This document shows, in pieces, positions 33,446 through 46,889 of a stretch of DNA of 64,000 bases (positions within the stretch are counted from its first letter, which is position 1; the number at the start of each line of letters is the position of its first letter). The notes under the pieces were generated by a model that saw only the letters and a list, made by a program, of their open reading frames with translations, made no database searches and was not told where the DNA came from. A program made the position numbers and the translations under genes. The stretch is from assembly GCF_009914755.1 (NCBI RefSeq), contig NC_060947.1. The stretch is one strand, 5' to 3'. The stretch is from the human T2T-CHM13v2.0 reference genome, Homo sapiens.

Positions 33446-35969
33446 GCTTATAAAACACTGGTTACTGCTAAGTCACAAAAATTCACACATCAAAGCCAAA
33501 ATTATATTTAATGAATATCATCAAGATGACAAAAAAGTTGCATTTCACTAGCATTCAATTACTTGCTAACTTCAACTGATAAAGATAAAGCTGAATTTCA
33601 AGAAATGGAAAATGCATACATTCAGACACAAAAGGGCACACATACACAGCTACACAGTCACCTGTACACTCAGGAGTAGATGAGGTCATACATTTTGTGT
33701 ATGAAAAGCATGTGTATTACTCTTTGAAAAATACTGTATATAGGTAGGCATCTTAATGGCTATTAAAAGTGACAATCAGCCCCAAGGAAGAGGACAAAAT
33801 AATACATTAACCAGAAACAAAGGGTAAAAACTCAGGAGCAGGGAGTCATTTAATGTAAGACCAAATGTTTATGATAATAACATTATTATAGTCACCACTT
33901 TTATTGTCAATAAATCTGTCCATTTTTTGCCCATCTTTCTATTCCCCTAACACTACATTTTAACCAATCAAGCAATGTTACATTCTTCACTTAATTACTT
34001 CTGGAAGCCAGACCATCAATATCATACCCTTCTTGTTCATGCAGATGCATTGATTATTCTTAAGTGAGCTGATGAAGAAGGGTGAGGAGAGAATTCTACA
34101 CCTTAAACTTTCATCTCTCATCCCTTCTTGTCCATGTGAGCAAGGAGAAATGGCTAAAAAAATGAATTCCACAGTCTTTTTACTGACCTCATCATAGGAA
34201 GAATCTATAGAAGCATTTTTCTATAGCAGAGCATTAAGTTATTTGTGTAGATTGTTTTTTTCAAAGAGAAGTTTTTTTAGGGAACTAAAATAACTCACAA
34301 TTTGTGCTTAAGATCATCAAGATTTCCTACTGTAGAAATTTCTTAGTTTTTTGCATGTCTGATATTACATCTTCTCTTACTCATATATAAACTTCTAGGT
34401 TCAGCCCACCAACTTTATGTAATTAGACAGGTTAAATTCATTTAGAGTTAACTTTTAGTTTCTTTTGACTTCTGGAGGCTGTGATTCTAGTTTTCAGCAG
34501 CAATGGGCCCTAGGCTATCAGGTCTGGGAATAAAATTGTTTAGTTTTCATTGTCAATACTTGTCTTTTAGGTGGATATAATGAGTAAAGCTAGTGGTTGT
34601 GTCCACCCAGACAGGGTCTTTCCAAGGAATACACGTCCTGTGGATCTTTGCCCTGAAATAAGGGAGTAACTGGTTATAGTACCAGTTGAAGCCTTCGATT
34701 AACACCTCTACTTTATAATGTATCACTGACAAAACTGGTGATTGTAGGTTTTTATTTGCATGCTTGAGCTTTGTAAATAGCCCTTGAGAATACCATACTA
34801 TTTAATGTATTTTGTTAGTGATAGCCTAGATATCAAAGAAAGAATCCCTGGGCAGAAGTAGGAGTGGATGAGAGAATAGTGCTAGTTTGAATTTTAATGA
34901 AAACAGCCAATAGAATGCAAGTTGATTTTATCCATTAATAGCCAAAAAAGAAAACCCAAAAGATGCATGTGTAAAATTTTAACACATCTTTACACCGTTT
35001 GGAAATACCATGCATTCCTTTAGAGGTAAATTAGACTCACACAAATTGGATAGTGAATAATTTTTGGAGAGAGAGGGCAGTGGGTCTATGGTTGTGTTTG
35101 AGGCTTAGCTGGAAGCTGTCCCTTTTTATAAGAAGGTGACGCAGAAGAAGGCTAAGTGAAGTGCTGTAGAAGACAGTCTTCCTTGTAGGCCATATATGAT
35201 GCTACCTGAATGGGGAGCTGCTTGGCTGATGGATTGGTTATAGCTGGCCTCTGGTAGACTTGGGCAGCCTTTGGACTTCTGTAAATGTAATGCCTCCTTT
35301 ATTCTGAAGCTGTTTTCCTGATGCTCTGGAAATTTCTACCTGTCCCCCTATTTATTAACAGTCCAAAATCTAGCCAACTCTTTACCTTTATTCAAACCAT
35401 GATCAGGGTTGTTGAATGTTTTCCTTATTAACACTGTACTTATCCTCTTAGTAAGGGTGACCAGATTTTTTATTTTTTTTTCATTTTGAAAGTTCCATAG
35501 GTAGGGTAAGACTTAATCATCTGGTCATTGTAAAAGAGTAATAGAAAATCACCAATAAAATACTAATGACACATTCAGAGGGAAGGTAGGAGGGAAGAGA
35601 GTGAAGAGGGAGGGCGAGAAAGAAAGGCTATTGGTAATAGAAGAACAAAAGTATGGACTCCAGTCCCTCTCTATCTTTCATCATTTGGAACATCATTACT
35701 ATACATGTGAATATCATTTTATCAGAAAAAAATCTCTGTGGGTTTTTCTCTACCATGTGATTTTGACCACAGAGGTTTTCCATTTGCTTCTCAAATGGAA
35801 ATATTCAAAGCATAGCTGTCCAAGACAATGCCTTATTGAATCCTATTTTAATAATGCCAATAAGATTTTTACCCAAAATGAAAGGTTCAGAGAAACAGCA
35901 TTTCCTTGTCTGACAAGCCCAACTAAGCCCTCTACTCTCCTCCATGCTATTTATAGCCATGTTCCCTAA

Positions 35970-36433
35970 GGGCCCTGGTTCTTAAGCACTTTTCGGCTAG
36001 AGTTTTGCATATCCTCCCAGCCCACCTCTGATTTCAGCCCCAGCTGAATCAGATGGAGAGTTCTATACAAGCCCAGTTACAACTGTGTTGATAATGCCCC
36101 ACCCAAAATGCGGATTACATATCTTCCTGATTTTTATGAGGATATGACCTGACCCTGTGGTTGCCCATACGGCCCATTAGTTCAGGAGAGTCAACATCCG
36201 AGGGGGCAACCTTTCTAACATAAGTGGACAATTCTTAGAGGCATTTATATGCTTCTCAGAAAATCCCAGTGAAATCAAGCTTCAATGCTTATAGCAGTAA
36301 CTTGGGCAACTTATTGTTATATTGGTTTTCTTCTTTCCTTGTCCCACTCCCACTTCCTTGTTCTTGCTTTCTGGGATCATTTCCACACCCAAATCCTTGC
36401 TTCAGTCTTTTCTTGGGGAAAACCTAAAGTACA
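35970..36433 (+). mobile_element. ERVL LTR (LTR16-like)
   Basis: cccacctctgatttcagccccagctg...gagggggcaaccttt...tgctttctgggatcatttcc...cccaaatccttgcttcag...ggggaaaacctaa. Confidence 0.6.
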
Positions 36434-37399
36434 ATAGGACCTTGAAAAAATGTATATTATATGCAATGTAGTTCAAAAGCCTGCTATAGGAAAATTAATA
36501 AATGTTTTCAACCAAGCCTTTCCTGCAATTATCTACTGACATAACCATCATTGGTAAAAACAAGATTGCTGATATTCTAGATTGCAATGTATAGTCTGTC
36601 TAATTCATCAGGAAACTCAAAAGGAGGCTAACCTTGACCATATCTAGATAGAGGGTAATTATCTTCTTTTGGAAATACAATATGCAAAGTCCAAAGTCTT
36701 TAAAGCCCAGAGTAAGCAGGGAAGATTGTTTTCAAAAGACAGGAATGGGAACAATTGAAGACTTCAGGACCAAGAAACCACCCTCAGTGAAGTTTTGTCC
36801 TTGACATCCCAGCCTTCCATTGTATGCTCCTTTCATACTTCTCTTCTCAAGGCAGTTCCACCATTGTCTTCCTCACTTTTTCTACCATGGAGGAAAAGTG
36901 ATCTAATAAAATAACTGAAAACAAATGCTTTGGTGAATCACCCTTTTTATGTTAGCCATAAATTTCAATAGATATTTATGTTTTCAGGCTTACATTTTTA
37001 AGATATATTTCATTATTTAAAAAAAGACACAAACCTGCTGCACTTATTTGTATGTGTTGCTACCATGCAGGGGTGGTAATATACTAATAATCTATTGCTT
37101 ATGCTATCCTAGGACTTATACAAAATGAAGAGATTCTTCTTTCTTTCGCAAAACATATAACTGACTGGTGACCACCTAAAAGAGCTAGTTAAAACTGTGT
37201 TATTACAAGTTGAATTTTTAAAATATTGGTAGTGTTTAATTCCAAAAGTACACATTCTTATTTTCTTACTAAAATTTTTTGGTTTATATTTGTCCTTAAT
37301 CTTACTGCCATATTTTACTGAGAGTTACTTTATAACCAACTCATCCAAAAATTCCAGGCCAACTTCGTGTCAAAACTTCCTAACATAATTTTGTATTAT

Positions 37400-37495
37400 T
37401 TAACATTAGGGGAAGCTGAGTGAAAGACATTTGGGAACTCTCTGTACTATCTTTACAACTATTCTGTAAATCTAAAATTATTTCAAAACAAAGCA
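37400..37495 (+). mobile_element. L1MD/MC-like 3' terminal fragment
   Basis: ggggaagctgagtgaaag...gggaactctctgtactatctttacaact...gtaaatctaaaattatttcaaaa. Confidence 0.7.
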
Positions 37496-38750
37496 TTTCT
37501 TTTGTGCATTGTTGTTTTTAAGCCTTCTTCGGTGATCTTCATTTGTCAATGTCTTGACAATGGATTGAATGTTCTATCTGAACTTTATTACCTTATCTTT
37601 CTTCTCTCTTCCTTTCTGAGACAAAAGACATGAGCCAAAGATTATATAGTCAAGTAGGTGTACTTTTTATGTCAGTAGTATGTATTCTTGTGAGAGGTTC
37701 CCTTTTCATTAAGAAGGGGAAAATGGCCACTCCTCTAAAACAGAGAGCATGAGATGGCTTGTACTCCTCAGTAGAAATCTAGCTGCTGCTTGAGATACGT
37801 GTACAATATTTTTTCTCTCCCCCTCATATTGAACAACAAGTTCAAACTGAAGAATAATAATAGATATAACTTTTTTTATTATAAGGATTCTTTAGAACTG
37901 ATTTCTTCAAAGCCTTTCATTGTTATCAGAAAAAAATAAAGAAAAAAATGTACTCAAAGAGTTTAGGCATAAGTGCAAATTAGTGCCAGCATATGCTTTC
38001 CAATCATGTTTCCATTTTGTAAACAGAACTACTGAGAGTAAAATTTGGCATAAATGGGTGAATTTCAAGTTTTGTTAAAGTGATATCTAAATTCAGGTAA
38101 CAGGATGGAGATCTTCTAGGCATTTGATATATACAATATTAATTACTACATGGGTAATATAAAAGCCTGGCTCTTATACCAAAACATGTCTGAAATTGGC
38201 CATTTTTCTTTCTTTTTTCCCCTTGGCATAGGCCTCTTATTAATCACATATATTATTCATTCAAGAGAAGGACCATTTTAGTACTGCCTTCCGAATATTA
38301 TACAATGTGTTTCTAGGAAACATCAACATATATGGGATCTTGTTTTATAAAGCTTCATTTTGCACTAGGAATTTGAGGGCAGTTTGTTGTCAGAGTCTCT
38401 GTTTCTCTTTGGCTTAAAGGCTCAATGAACTATTCCTGGATAGTGTCCCCTTTGGTAGACTTTCCAGTAATATCTAAGTAAGAAGAGAAGATAATTCTCA
38501 CTGCCTTCTGGAGTGCACTATGACTCATGTTATTGGGCAGACTAAAGGTGTTCTTGTAAAGCTTTTCTTAATTGAGCTCTCTTTTTTGGTACTCCTTCAG
38601 TAGCTTCTAGATTTTGGATTCCGTTAAGGTTTCTCTTCAACTTGAATTGCTTCTAGGTTCAAGGTTTGTGGTTTATTTCCTACCAACTTCTAGAGCACAG
38701 AGTGCATTGGCAAACGACCTTTTCGAGACCTTTCATCTCTTCTTTTCTCT

Positions 38751-38888
38751 TTTTTAGAGTTTGATTTTTTAAATTAACAGATAAAATTTTGTGTATTTAT
38801 CATGTACAACATGATATTAAGTGGCGTCATCACAAAAATGACAATGTAAATTAGTTATATTTAGTTATTCCACAATATATATATATAT
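38751..38888 (-). mobile_element. Miniature L1MA insertion with 5' inversion
   Basis: L1MA 3' terminus on - strand (38760-38815) abutting the adjacent upstream segment on + strand; 13-bp TSD with 12/13 identity. Confidence 0.6.
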
Positions 38889-39164
38889 TCTTCTTTCCTC
38901 TCTGTATGGGGCTAATTTATTAACTGCTTAAGAATGCTGTTGAACCTTGAATCTGCCGATGCCACTGGGCAACTTATTGATGTTTCTGTCCTCTATAAAT
39001 GTCACAACATAATTCTTATCTCTCAAAAATTTAACATAAAAATACATAAATACACATATATTAGAAATGTATTATATATATATTTCCCACATCACATGAC
39101 TGGTGCTCTATAATCTTCAGTTTTCTTGCCCTTCTGAATAGGCTCCTGCTTCTTTTAAAAAAAA

Positions 39165-39448
39165 TCATTTTAGCTTAAAATTTTTTTAATTAAAAAATAT
39201 TTTGGTTACATCATAGTTGTACATGTTTATGGGGTACATGTGATATTTTGATATAAGCATACAATGTGTAACGATCAAATCTGGATAACTGAGATATCTG
39301 TAACCTCAAATATTTATCATTTCTTTGTGTTAGAGACATTGCAAATCATCTCTTGTAGCCATTTTGAAATATACAATAATTCACTGTTAACTATAGTCAC
39401 CCTACTGTGCTACCGAACATTAGATCTTATTCCTGCTATCTAACTGTA
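39165..39448 (-). mobile_element. L1MA-like 3' end
   Basis: gttgtacatgtttatggggtacatgtgatattttgata...ttaactatagtcaccctactgtgc...tatctaactgta. Confidence 0.85.
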
Positions 39449-39870
39449 GTAGTGGGGGCTCCTCTTGGTCCCTCGGTAGCTCCAGGCAGTGTCCCTGAAG
39501 AGCCCTTGAGCTTGACCCACTGTGTGGCAAATTTTTGCCCAGATGTCTCACTTTTAAGCAACAAATGCAAAAACCGTTTAGAGGACTAGTGGAGCAAGCC
39601 TAGATAATGCCAGGCAGTGTTTCTCCAAAGCTGATACTTCATCTGATGTACCTGGAAAACTAGTCCTACAATTGCCCAAGGGAGTCTGCTAAGTAGGCAG
39701 CAACAGTTGTCATTTCCTCTGCAGTACTGAACTTTGTTACCAGAGGAACTTGGCAACAATCCCAATCCCATCTTCCAATGCTTCCCTTTAGGCCTCGGGT
39801 TACAAAGTTTAAAATGAGTCACAGATATTCTCTATTTACTCAAGACTAAAAGTCCAAATTAAGCCCAATA

Positions 39871-40086
39871 ATGATGCTGGTTTGTTTTGCATAAAGACAT
39901 TTTCTATTATGGGTCATGTAGTCTATGTTGTAGTTCTATCCAACCCCATCTGCCCTTCCTTTCATTGTTCTTTACTTGATGATGCTGGTTTGTTTTGCAT
40001 AAAGACATTTTCTATTATGGGTCATGTAGTCTACGTTGTAGTTCTAGCCAACCCCATCTGCCCTTCCTTTCATTGTTCTTTACTTG
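39871..40086. repeat. Tandem duplication 2 x 108 bp
   Basis: 39871-39978 vs 39979-40086, 2 mismatches. Confidence 0.97.
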
Positions 40087-42679
40087 AGTTATATTGACCT
40101 TTCAAATTATAGCTTAAAATTTATCTGCTCCACCAAACCTCTCTAGATCACTTATCCCAGCCTGACATTATGTGTTCCTTCTCTGAATTGCTATTGGTAT
40201 AATCATGCATTAGCTTGTGATTGTCATCATCCTCTCAAAGGGCCATTTAAAATTATCATTGTTATTTAATGAGAAACATGTATATTGCTTATTTTCTCTT
40301 CAAAAGATGATGAACTCTTTGAGAGAATGCATTATGCTTTTTTGTGTTTGCCATAATGCCTACAACAAATATCTGAGTGAACGTGATGTTTTAATTTATA
40401 TAATGGCTTCTTCAAATACCTGCACACCATCAACTCTAAAAGATTTCTGCCGCTGGAGAAGGTCAAGTGGATATGAATAATCAAACATTTGAATTTTTCA
40501 AAAATCATTTATATTGAATTTTAGAAGATATTACTGGAAGTTGCATTCTTTCTCTAATAAATGATTTATTTACAAAATAGTAGACTATAGACTTAGACTA
40601 TATTTTTCACAGCTTAGCTCAAACTAATACTGATTCACCTATATTCACTAAGTGCCTACAACAGAAGGCAGGAAGATGGGTCCCAGTCAAGGACCAGTTA
40701 TAAGAAGCGTCTAGAGATCCTGATTTACTTGATAATCCATATGATATCAACAACTATATTGGTTTATATACTTACACATTGGCCATATTTCCCTTGTATT
40801 TCTCACTGACATCAATTGGTAGTGACTAAGAGTAGCACATAGCCTACATTCATATTCTGGCTCTCCCATTTTCTAGTGTAATAATGGACAAGGTACCTCG
40901 GTATACTTAAAGGTCCTTTTGAGCTAAATGGGTATAATGATAGCACATATTTCATGAGATTATTTGTATGAGAGTTAGATATGTAAAATTCTTAGCACAA
41001 TGTCTGATATATAGTAAATTATCAAATGTTAGGGAATAAGCAAGTGCAAGTACACAAGAGAGGAAGAGAGTCACTGGAAGTTCTATTCTTTGTCTTTGTT
41101 CTAGAATCAAAAGTATAAAGAAAACCAGAAGAGGAGGAGTGGCCAAGTGTAAAGAGCACCCAAGCTATCTTCTCCTCTTGGAAAAGAATGAGGGGAAAGA
41201 AAAGCAGTGCAAAGCATGGGCAAGAGCAAGTCATATATGGATACAAAATTCCCAGGGGTAAGCCATTGCTTCAGGGAGGGAGCTGTCAGCTCTTGGAGGC
41301 TACATGTAAACTTTGTAGAGTGGCTCAACCAACAGGGAATGTTTGACTTCCAGAGGCTTCCAGAGGGTGGATTAAGTTGGTTCATAGACTAACTGATGAC
41401 ACCATTGAACTCCTGCTATGAGGCTGGGGCCAGCAACCCAAAGAACATTTAAGGGAACAAAGGTTTGGGTGGGGAGATGAGACACAGACACAAACAGACT
41501 CAATAGTAACTTGAGGTAAGAGGAATGTGAAAAAAGAGGAAGAAAGAATTCAAGCTATGATTTAAACAGTACAAAATCAGGGCTACAGGGAGAAGATATC
41601 ACCAAGGTCACTGAGAGGAAGCTGCTTAGTAAAGGAATGATTTGAACTGGGCATTGAAGGTTGAGTAAGAGGTTAATTTAAGCATACCGTAGCAGTGTGT
41701 TATAGTAGAAGGAAACTTGCTCTAGTTTCAAATAGGCCTGGGATAGAAGCCAGGCTCCACCCCTCACCAGCTGCATTTCCTGAATAATACATACTTTTAA
41801 GACTATTATAGAGATATTTATTAAGTACCTAGTAAAGTGTCTGACTTACAGTAGAGACCCAATACAGCTACTATTGGTAACAATAGAGTGTTGGAGTATT
41901 TTTTATAAGGATGCAGCCTTGAGTACTGGTCAGCACAGCTGTTTCACATTTCTTCTGTGTCACTCTGGGTAGCAGTGGTAAATTTCTGCAGGAGTTTCAG
42001 TGCTCACCTCCCTGGAAATCCCATAGAGAAAGAACACAGACCTCATTCAGAGTATCCAGAGGCCCATGACAGAAGCAATTGAACAGGCTCGAACCAGTGG
42101 CTACAGCAAACTTCAAAGACAGTGTCTTTGGAAGGGCTGATCTATGTCAAATTGTACATATGGGGCACTTTGCCTTCATTTTTCGCTCCTTATTCTCCTT
42201 CAATCCCTTTCTTCCTTCCTTTGTTCCAAGGTGCAATGTAGACCTCAAACTGGTTTGCCCTTCCTATGAATAGGTAAAGGCAACAGTCTGATCAGACTCC
42301 CAAACACCAATATTTAAGTGGTTTATTAATTAACTCCTCTCACAGATATTGGTATTTAAAATATTTCAAGCAATGGGCAATGTTCAATCTAAATCATGCA
42401 TATCTGAGAGTAAGAATTTGGGTATCAGCAACCAGCAAATGGATGAGGTTGGGAGTAGGGTGGTTATAACCAGAGCTACTGAATTCATTTCATGTAGAGA
42501 AAAGCATGGTGGAAAGAAATGTTTGACATTTAGAATTGCGGGAACTACCTTAAAATTTCAACTCTGGTACTTTTTAGATACTGATTATTTTCAAGTAATT
42601 TTACTTGCCTATTCTCATTTTCTCAAATGAGTAATAGGAATAATAATCATTATCTTATACAGGATATAAGACAGTGAGA

Positions 42680-42846
42680 CAAGCACTTCTTGAATTGAAT
42701 GTGCATACAAACTACTTGGGCATCTTGTTAAAATACAGATTCTGATTTAAGAAGTCTGGGGTGGGGCCAAAGGTTCTGCATTTCTAACAAGCTCTCAGGT
42801 GGTGACAATGCTGCTGGTCTGGGGACCACATTTTGAGTAGCAAGGG
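42680..42846. mobile_element. MER5-like hAT-Charlie MITE
   Basis: catcttgttaaaatacagattctgatt...ggggtggggcc...tctgcatttctaacaagctctcaggtg...ggggaccacattttgagtagcaag. Confidence 0.85.
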
Positions 42847-42879
42847 GCCATTAGATAATGTGATTAATGCACCCTTGGA

Positions 42880-43406
42880 GGGATCATTTATACCAGCCCT
42901 AGCCAGAGGGGAATTGCCCATCCCAGCAGTTGGAACTTCAGTTTCAGTAAGCCTTGCCACTGTGGGCTAAAATGCTCTGGGGTTCTAAAAAAACTTGAAA
43001 GGCTATCTAAGCCACAAGGACTGCCATTCCTAGACAAGCCCTAGTGCTGTGCTGGGCTCAAGCCAGTGGACTTGGGGAGCACACAAACTACTGAGTCACC
43101 AGCCTGGGTGGCTAAGGGAATGCTTGCATCACACCTCAACCTCAGGCAGTGCAGCTCACAGCTCCAAAAGTGACCTTCTCCTTCCACCTGAGGAGAGAAG
43201 AGGAGAGGGAAGAGTAAAGAGGACTTGGTCTTGCAACATAAATACCAGCTCAGTGATGTGAAGTTAAAATCGGGTACTGTGATTGCTCACCTGATTTTTG
43301 GTTCTTCTGAAGGTGCTTTCTTGTGTAGATAGTTGTTACACTTAGCGTTCCTGCAGGGAGGACAACTGATGGAGGTTTCTATTCCACCATCTTGCTCCCC
43401 CTCCCA
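42880..43406. mobile_element. L1M1/L1MA-type 5'UTR fragment in two opposite orientations
   Basis: + strand internal 5'UTR 42880-43253; - strand extreme 5' end 43250-43406 (reverse complement gggagggggagcaagatggtggaatagaa...). Confidence 0.7.
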
Positions 43407-43409
43407 ACA

Positions 43410-44000
43410 GTATGTACTAATTTTGACTGACTTCTTTCACTCAACATACTTGTTTTGAGATTTATCCATGGTGTTATGTGTTTAGTGTTTTATTGCTGAG
43501 TCCCTTTTATGAGTATATCATAGTTTATTTATGAACCAATGAAAAACATTTTGGTTTATGTCAATTTTGGGCTATCACAAATAAAAGTCCCATGATAGTC
43601 TTTGTATAGACATGTATTTTTTTTATTGGATAAATATGTAGGAGTAGAATGGCCAGATCATATGGTAGGTTTCTGTTTAACTTGTTAAGAAATTGTGAAA
43701 TTGCTCTCCATTCACATCCTTGCCAATACTTGGTATGTTCAGTCTTTGTTACTTTAGATCTTTGAATAAGTGCATGGTAGTATTTCAGTGTGGTTTTAAT
43801 TTTTGTGTCCTTGATGATCAATGATATTGAGCATCTGTTTATTGCTTAGTTGTTACCTGTATATCTTCTTTGATGAAGAGTCTGTTCAATCTTTTGCCCA
43901 TTTTATATTGGGATTTATGTTTACCTCTTACTGAGTTTGGGAGTTCTTTATATATTCTGGGTAAAGGTATTTTATTGGAGAAATTATTTGTAAATATACA
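43410..44000 (-). mobile_element. Old L1M (ME/MB-like) 3' fragment
   Basis: ttctttcactcaacat...tcacatccttgccaatacttggta...gtggttttaattt...cttttgcccatttt. Confidence 0.7.
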
Positions 44001-44114
44001 GCAAAAATTTCAGTAGATCTGGAGGTGAATAAGAACTAGACTCTGTTTATAGGAGCTGACAGGCCAATGAAGGGGTCAGTACAATAAAACATAATCACTG
44101 AAGACTTTGGAGGC

Positions 44115-44485
44115 TGTATTAGTTCCTTCTCACAGTGCTATGAAGAAATACCCAAGACTGGGTAATTTATAAAGGAAAGAGGTTTGACTCACAGTTCCAT
44201 GTAGCTGGGAAGACCTCAGGAAACTCACAGTCATGGCAGAAGGAGAAGCAAACACGTCCTTCTTCACAAGGCAGCAGGAGAGAGAAGTGCCAAGCAAAGG
44301 GGGAAAAGCCCCTTATAAAACCATGAGATCTTGTGAAAACCCACTCCAGTATCTCGAGAACAGCATGAGGGTAACCAACCCCATGATTCAACTACCTCCC
44401 ATTTGGTCCCTCCCACAACACGTGGGGATTATGGGAACTGCAGTTCAAGATGAGATTTGGGTTGGGAAACAGCCAAACTATATCA
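44115..44485 (-). mobile_element. THE1 (THE1C/D-like) solo LTR, ERVL-MaLR
   Basis: TG...CA ends; perfect 5-bp TSD GAGGC at 44110-44114 and 44486-44490; inserted into an L2. Confidence 0.92.
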
Positions 44486-44490
44486 GAGGC

Positions 44491-45860
44491 TATAATTAAG
44501 GCTCTTGTAGAGTGCCATGTGAGTATAAAGGAGAGTATAATAGATTTTTTTCTAGGAGAGTTTGGAAAGATTTCTCAGAGGAGGTGGCCTTAAAGCTTTG
44601 TTTTGAAGGGTGAAGAGTTGGGTAGGTAGAGAACCTCTGCTAAAAATTTAAAAAAAAATTATTCTGGGCAAGGAGAATCTGTGCAAAGGCAAGAAGGTGG
44701 ATTTGGCAACCATGAGTTCTGAATGACCAAGGGGGAATGGGGGTTGGGAGTGGCAGGGACAATGAAAAGAGGTAATGAGAAGAAGGAAGGCTGAGTTTAG
44801 ATTGTCAGATTATGGAGTGCTTAGTAGATCAGGCTTAAGAATCCGAGCTTCATCTTTAAAGCAATAGGGTTCTTGTTGAAGGGTTTTATGCAGCAGAACA
44901 AAATGGTCATATTTGCATTTTAAGAAAATGCCCTGCAGTGATGGCAAAGGATTAGAAGAAGATGAAAAATTCAGAAAAAAGGACAAGAACCCAAACAAAG
45001 TAGGAATAGTAGGGACAGAGAGAAGAGGGAGTAGATTCTCAAAACATTTAAGAGGAATACTAGATGTTGGTGAGTGTTTAGATATTAGAAATGAGGCATG
45101 TGGTAGTATATAGGAAGGCTCCTAGATTTTAGTGGAGATAATGGGGTGATCTGGGAGCACATCAGTCATGCCCAGGAATAGAAATAGGAGAGGTGGGTAG
45201 TATTATTAGTTTAGCTTGTATGATCCATTTATTTATTCAACACATTTTTACTGACTGTCCACTGGGAATATAGAGATCAAGACAGATACTGTGCTAGCCT
45301 TCGTGGAGTAAAAAGTTTAGCATGGAAGAGAGAAAATAAAATAATCTCATAAATATAAAATATAAAACAATGGGCTCTGAATTGCTTAAGGTAAAATAAT
45401 AGGAGTTTGGATAGTGCACCAAGGTAGACCTAATATAGTCTGAGTCTCAAGAAACACTATATTGAAGAAGTAAAGCTTAAGAGATCTGAAGAAAGTACAC
45501 TGGCGAAGATGAAAGAAAAACATTTCAGATAGAATGAAGAAGACATGGTAAATATTGTAAGACATCCGGGTAGAAGTTTCCAATAGGCAGATGGAAATGT
45601 GCACCTAGAAACAAGGTCTCAGATGAAGAAGTAAAACTATGGCAGAGAATGAGAAACTTTGAGGGAGGGTTCGTAGGATGCGGAGAGAATAAGGCTGATG
45701 GTTCGCCTGTAGAATATCAATCTTTAAAGGACAGACAGAGAAGGAAAGCAAGTCAGCTAAAGAACAAGGAGGAACAGTCAAGCATCTAAGAAGAGAGGAA
45801 AGTAGGAAAGATGGAACCAAGGAAAAGGAAATACATGGCCACCAGTGCCCAATGTATTGT
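44491..45860 (-). mobile_element. L2 fragments
   Basis: Purine-rich L2 antisense motifs (ggaaagatttctcagaggaggtg; atttgcattttaagaaaat; tttattcaacacattttta). Confidence 0.6.
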
Positions 45861-46243
45861 TATGACTGTTCTAGTTTGTTGAATTCCCTTCCCCTCACCA
45901 TGAATAGAAATATTTGCATGGTGTTAACTAATTCTGTTGAGTGTCTTTTGCTAGGCTAAACTAGGTCCCTCCTTCATTAAGTCTCAAGGAAGGTATGCAC
46001 ATAAAGGAAAAATATATTTTATATTGATTCTATATGCTCTCGAAGAAACGTGTTTTGTCATCCCTTATCCCTGCCTGCCATTCTGAAGAGTGATTAGTTA
46101 ATTTTGGATTTATGAAACCACTTTTCAGCATATTTTAAATGTAATCACTTTTCATATTCTGTGCTCCTTGTTCTGTGAAATGAGTCAGAATACTGTGACC
46201 ATTTCTTCTCTTCTGGGAAGAAAAATCAAGACCCAAAAGAATC

Positions 46244-46435
46244 ATAGAGTGTGGAATAATAGACATTGAAGTCTCTGAAGGTTGGGAGGGTGGGAGGAGC
46301 TGTGAAATTAGAAATTACATAATGGATAAAATGTACATTATTTGGGTCATGGTTACACTAAAAACCCAGACTTCAGCACTATGCAACATACCCATAACAA
46401 AACTGCACTTGTACCTTTAAAATTTATACAAAAAG
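46244..46435 (+). mobile_element. L1PB-like 3' terminal fragment
   Basis: atagagtgtggaataatagacattg...gatggtt-like/ggttacactaaaaacccagacttcagcactatgcaa...aactgcacttgtacc. Confidence 0.8.
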
Positions 46436-46889
46436 GACCCCAGAGAAGGTCTTCCCACCCTGTGATAATGGCATGCAGATATACACCAACAGAAATGTTT
46501 GCTAAGGAGGCTTGCTGCAAGGCCCAAACTAACTACCCAAAGAAAATCCATGACCCGTCTCCCTGCCTCCCTGCTTCTATGGCTTGGTCCTTCAAAGACT
46601 GGCTTATCACCTTCTGCATAAAGTTAACTCCAATATTATAGTCCTCAACTCCTTGCCTGTCTGTAAAAACACCATCATTTCTTAAGAACCTGTTAGGTAC
46701 CACACACTGCACTAAGCATTATAGAATAATCTAGTGTCTTGCTTAACTTCAAGCAATTGTGTAAGGTAGATTTATGACACCCATATAATAGAAGAGGCAG
46801 CTGAGGCTTAGAGATGCAAAGTTATTTGTCAGGTCTGTTGAAATCTAATATCTAAGCATCAAGTAGCACACAAATCATAGTAAGATCAT

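Noticed and set aside
39871-40087. C/D-box snoRNA (atgatg / tgatga motifs) in the duplication
   Set aside because: No suitably placed D box (CTGA) or terminal stem.
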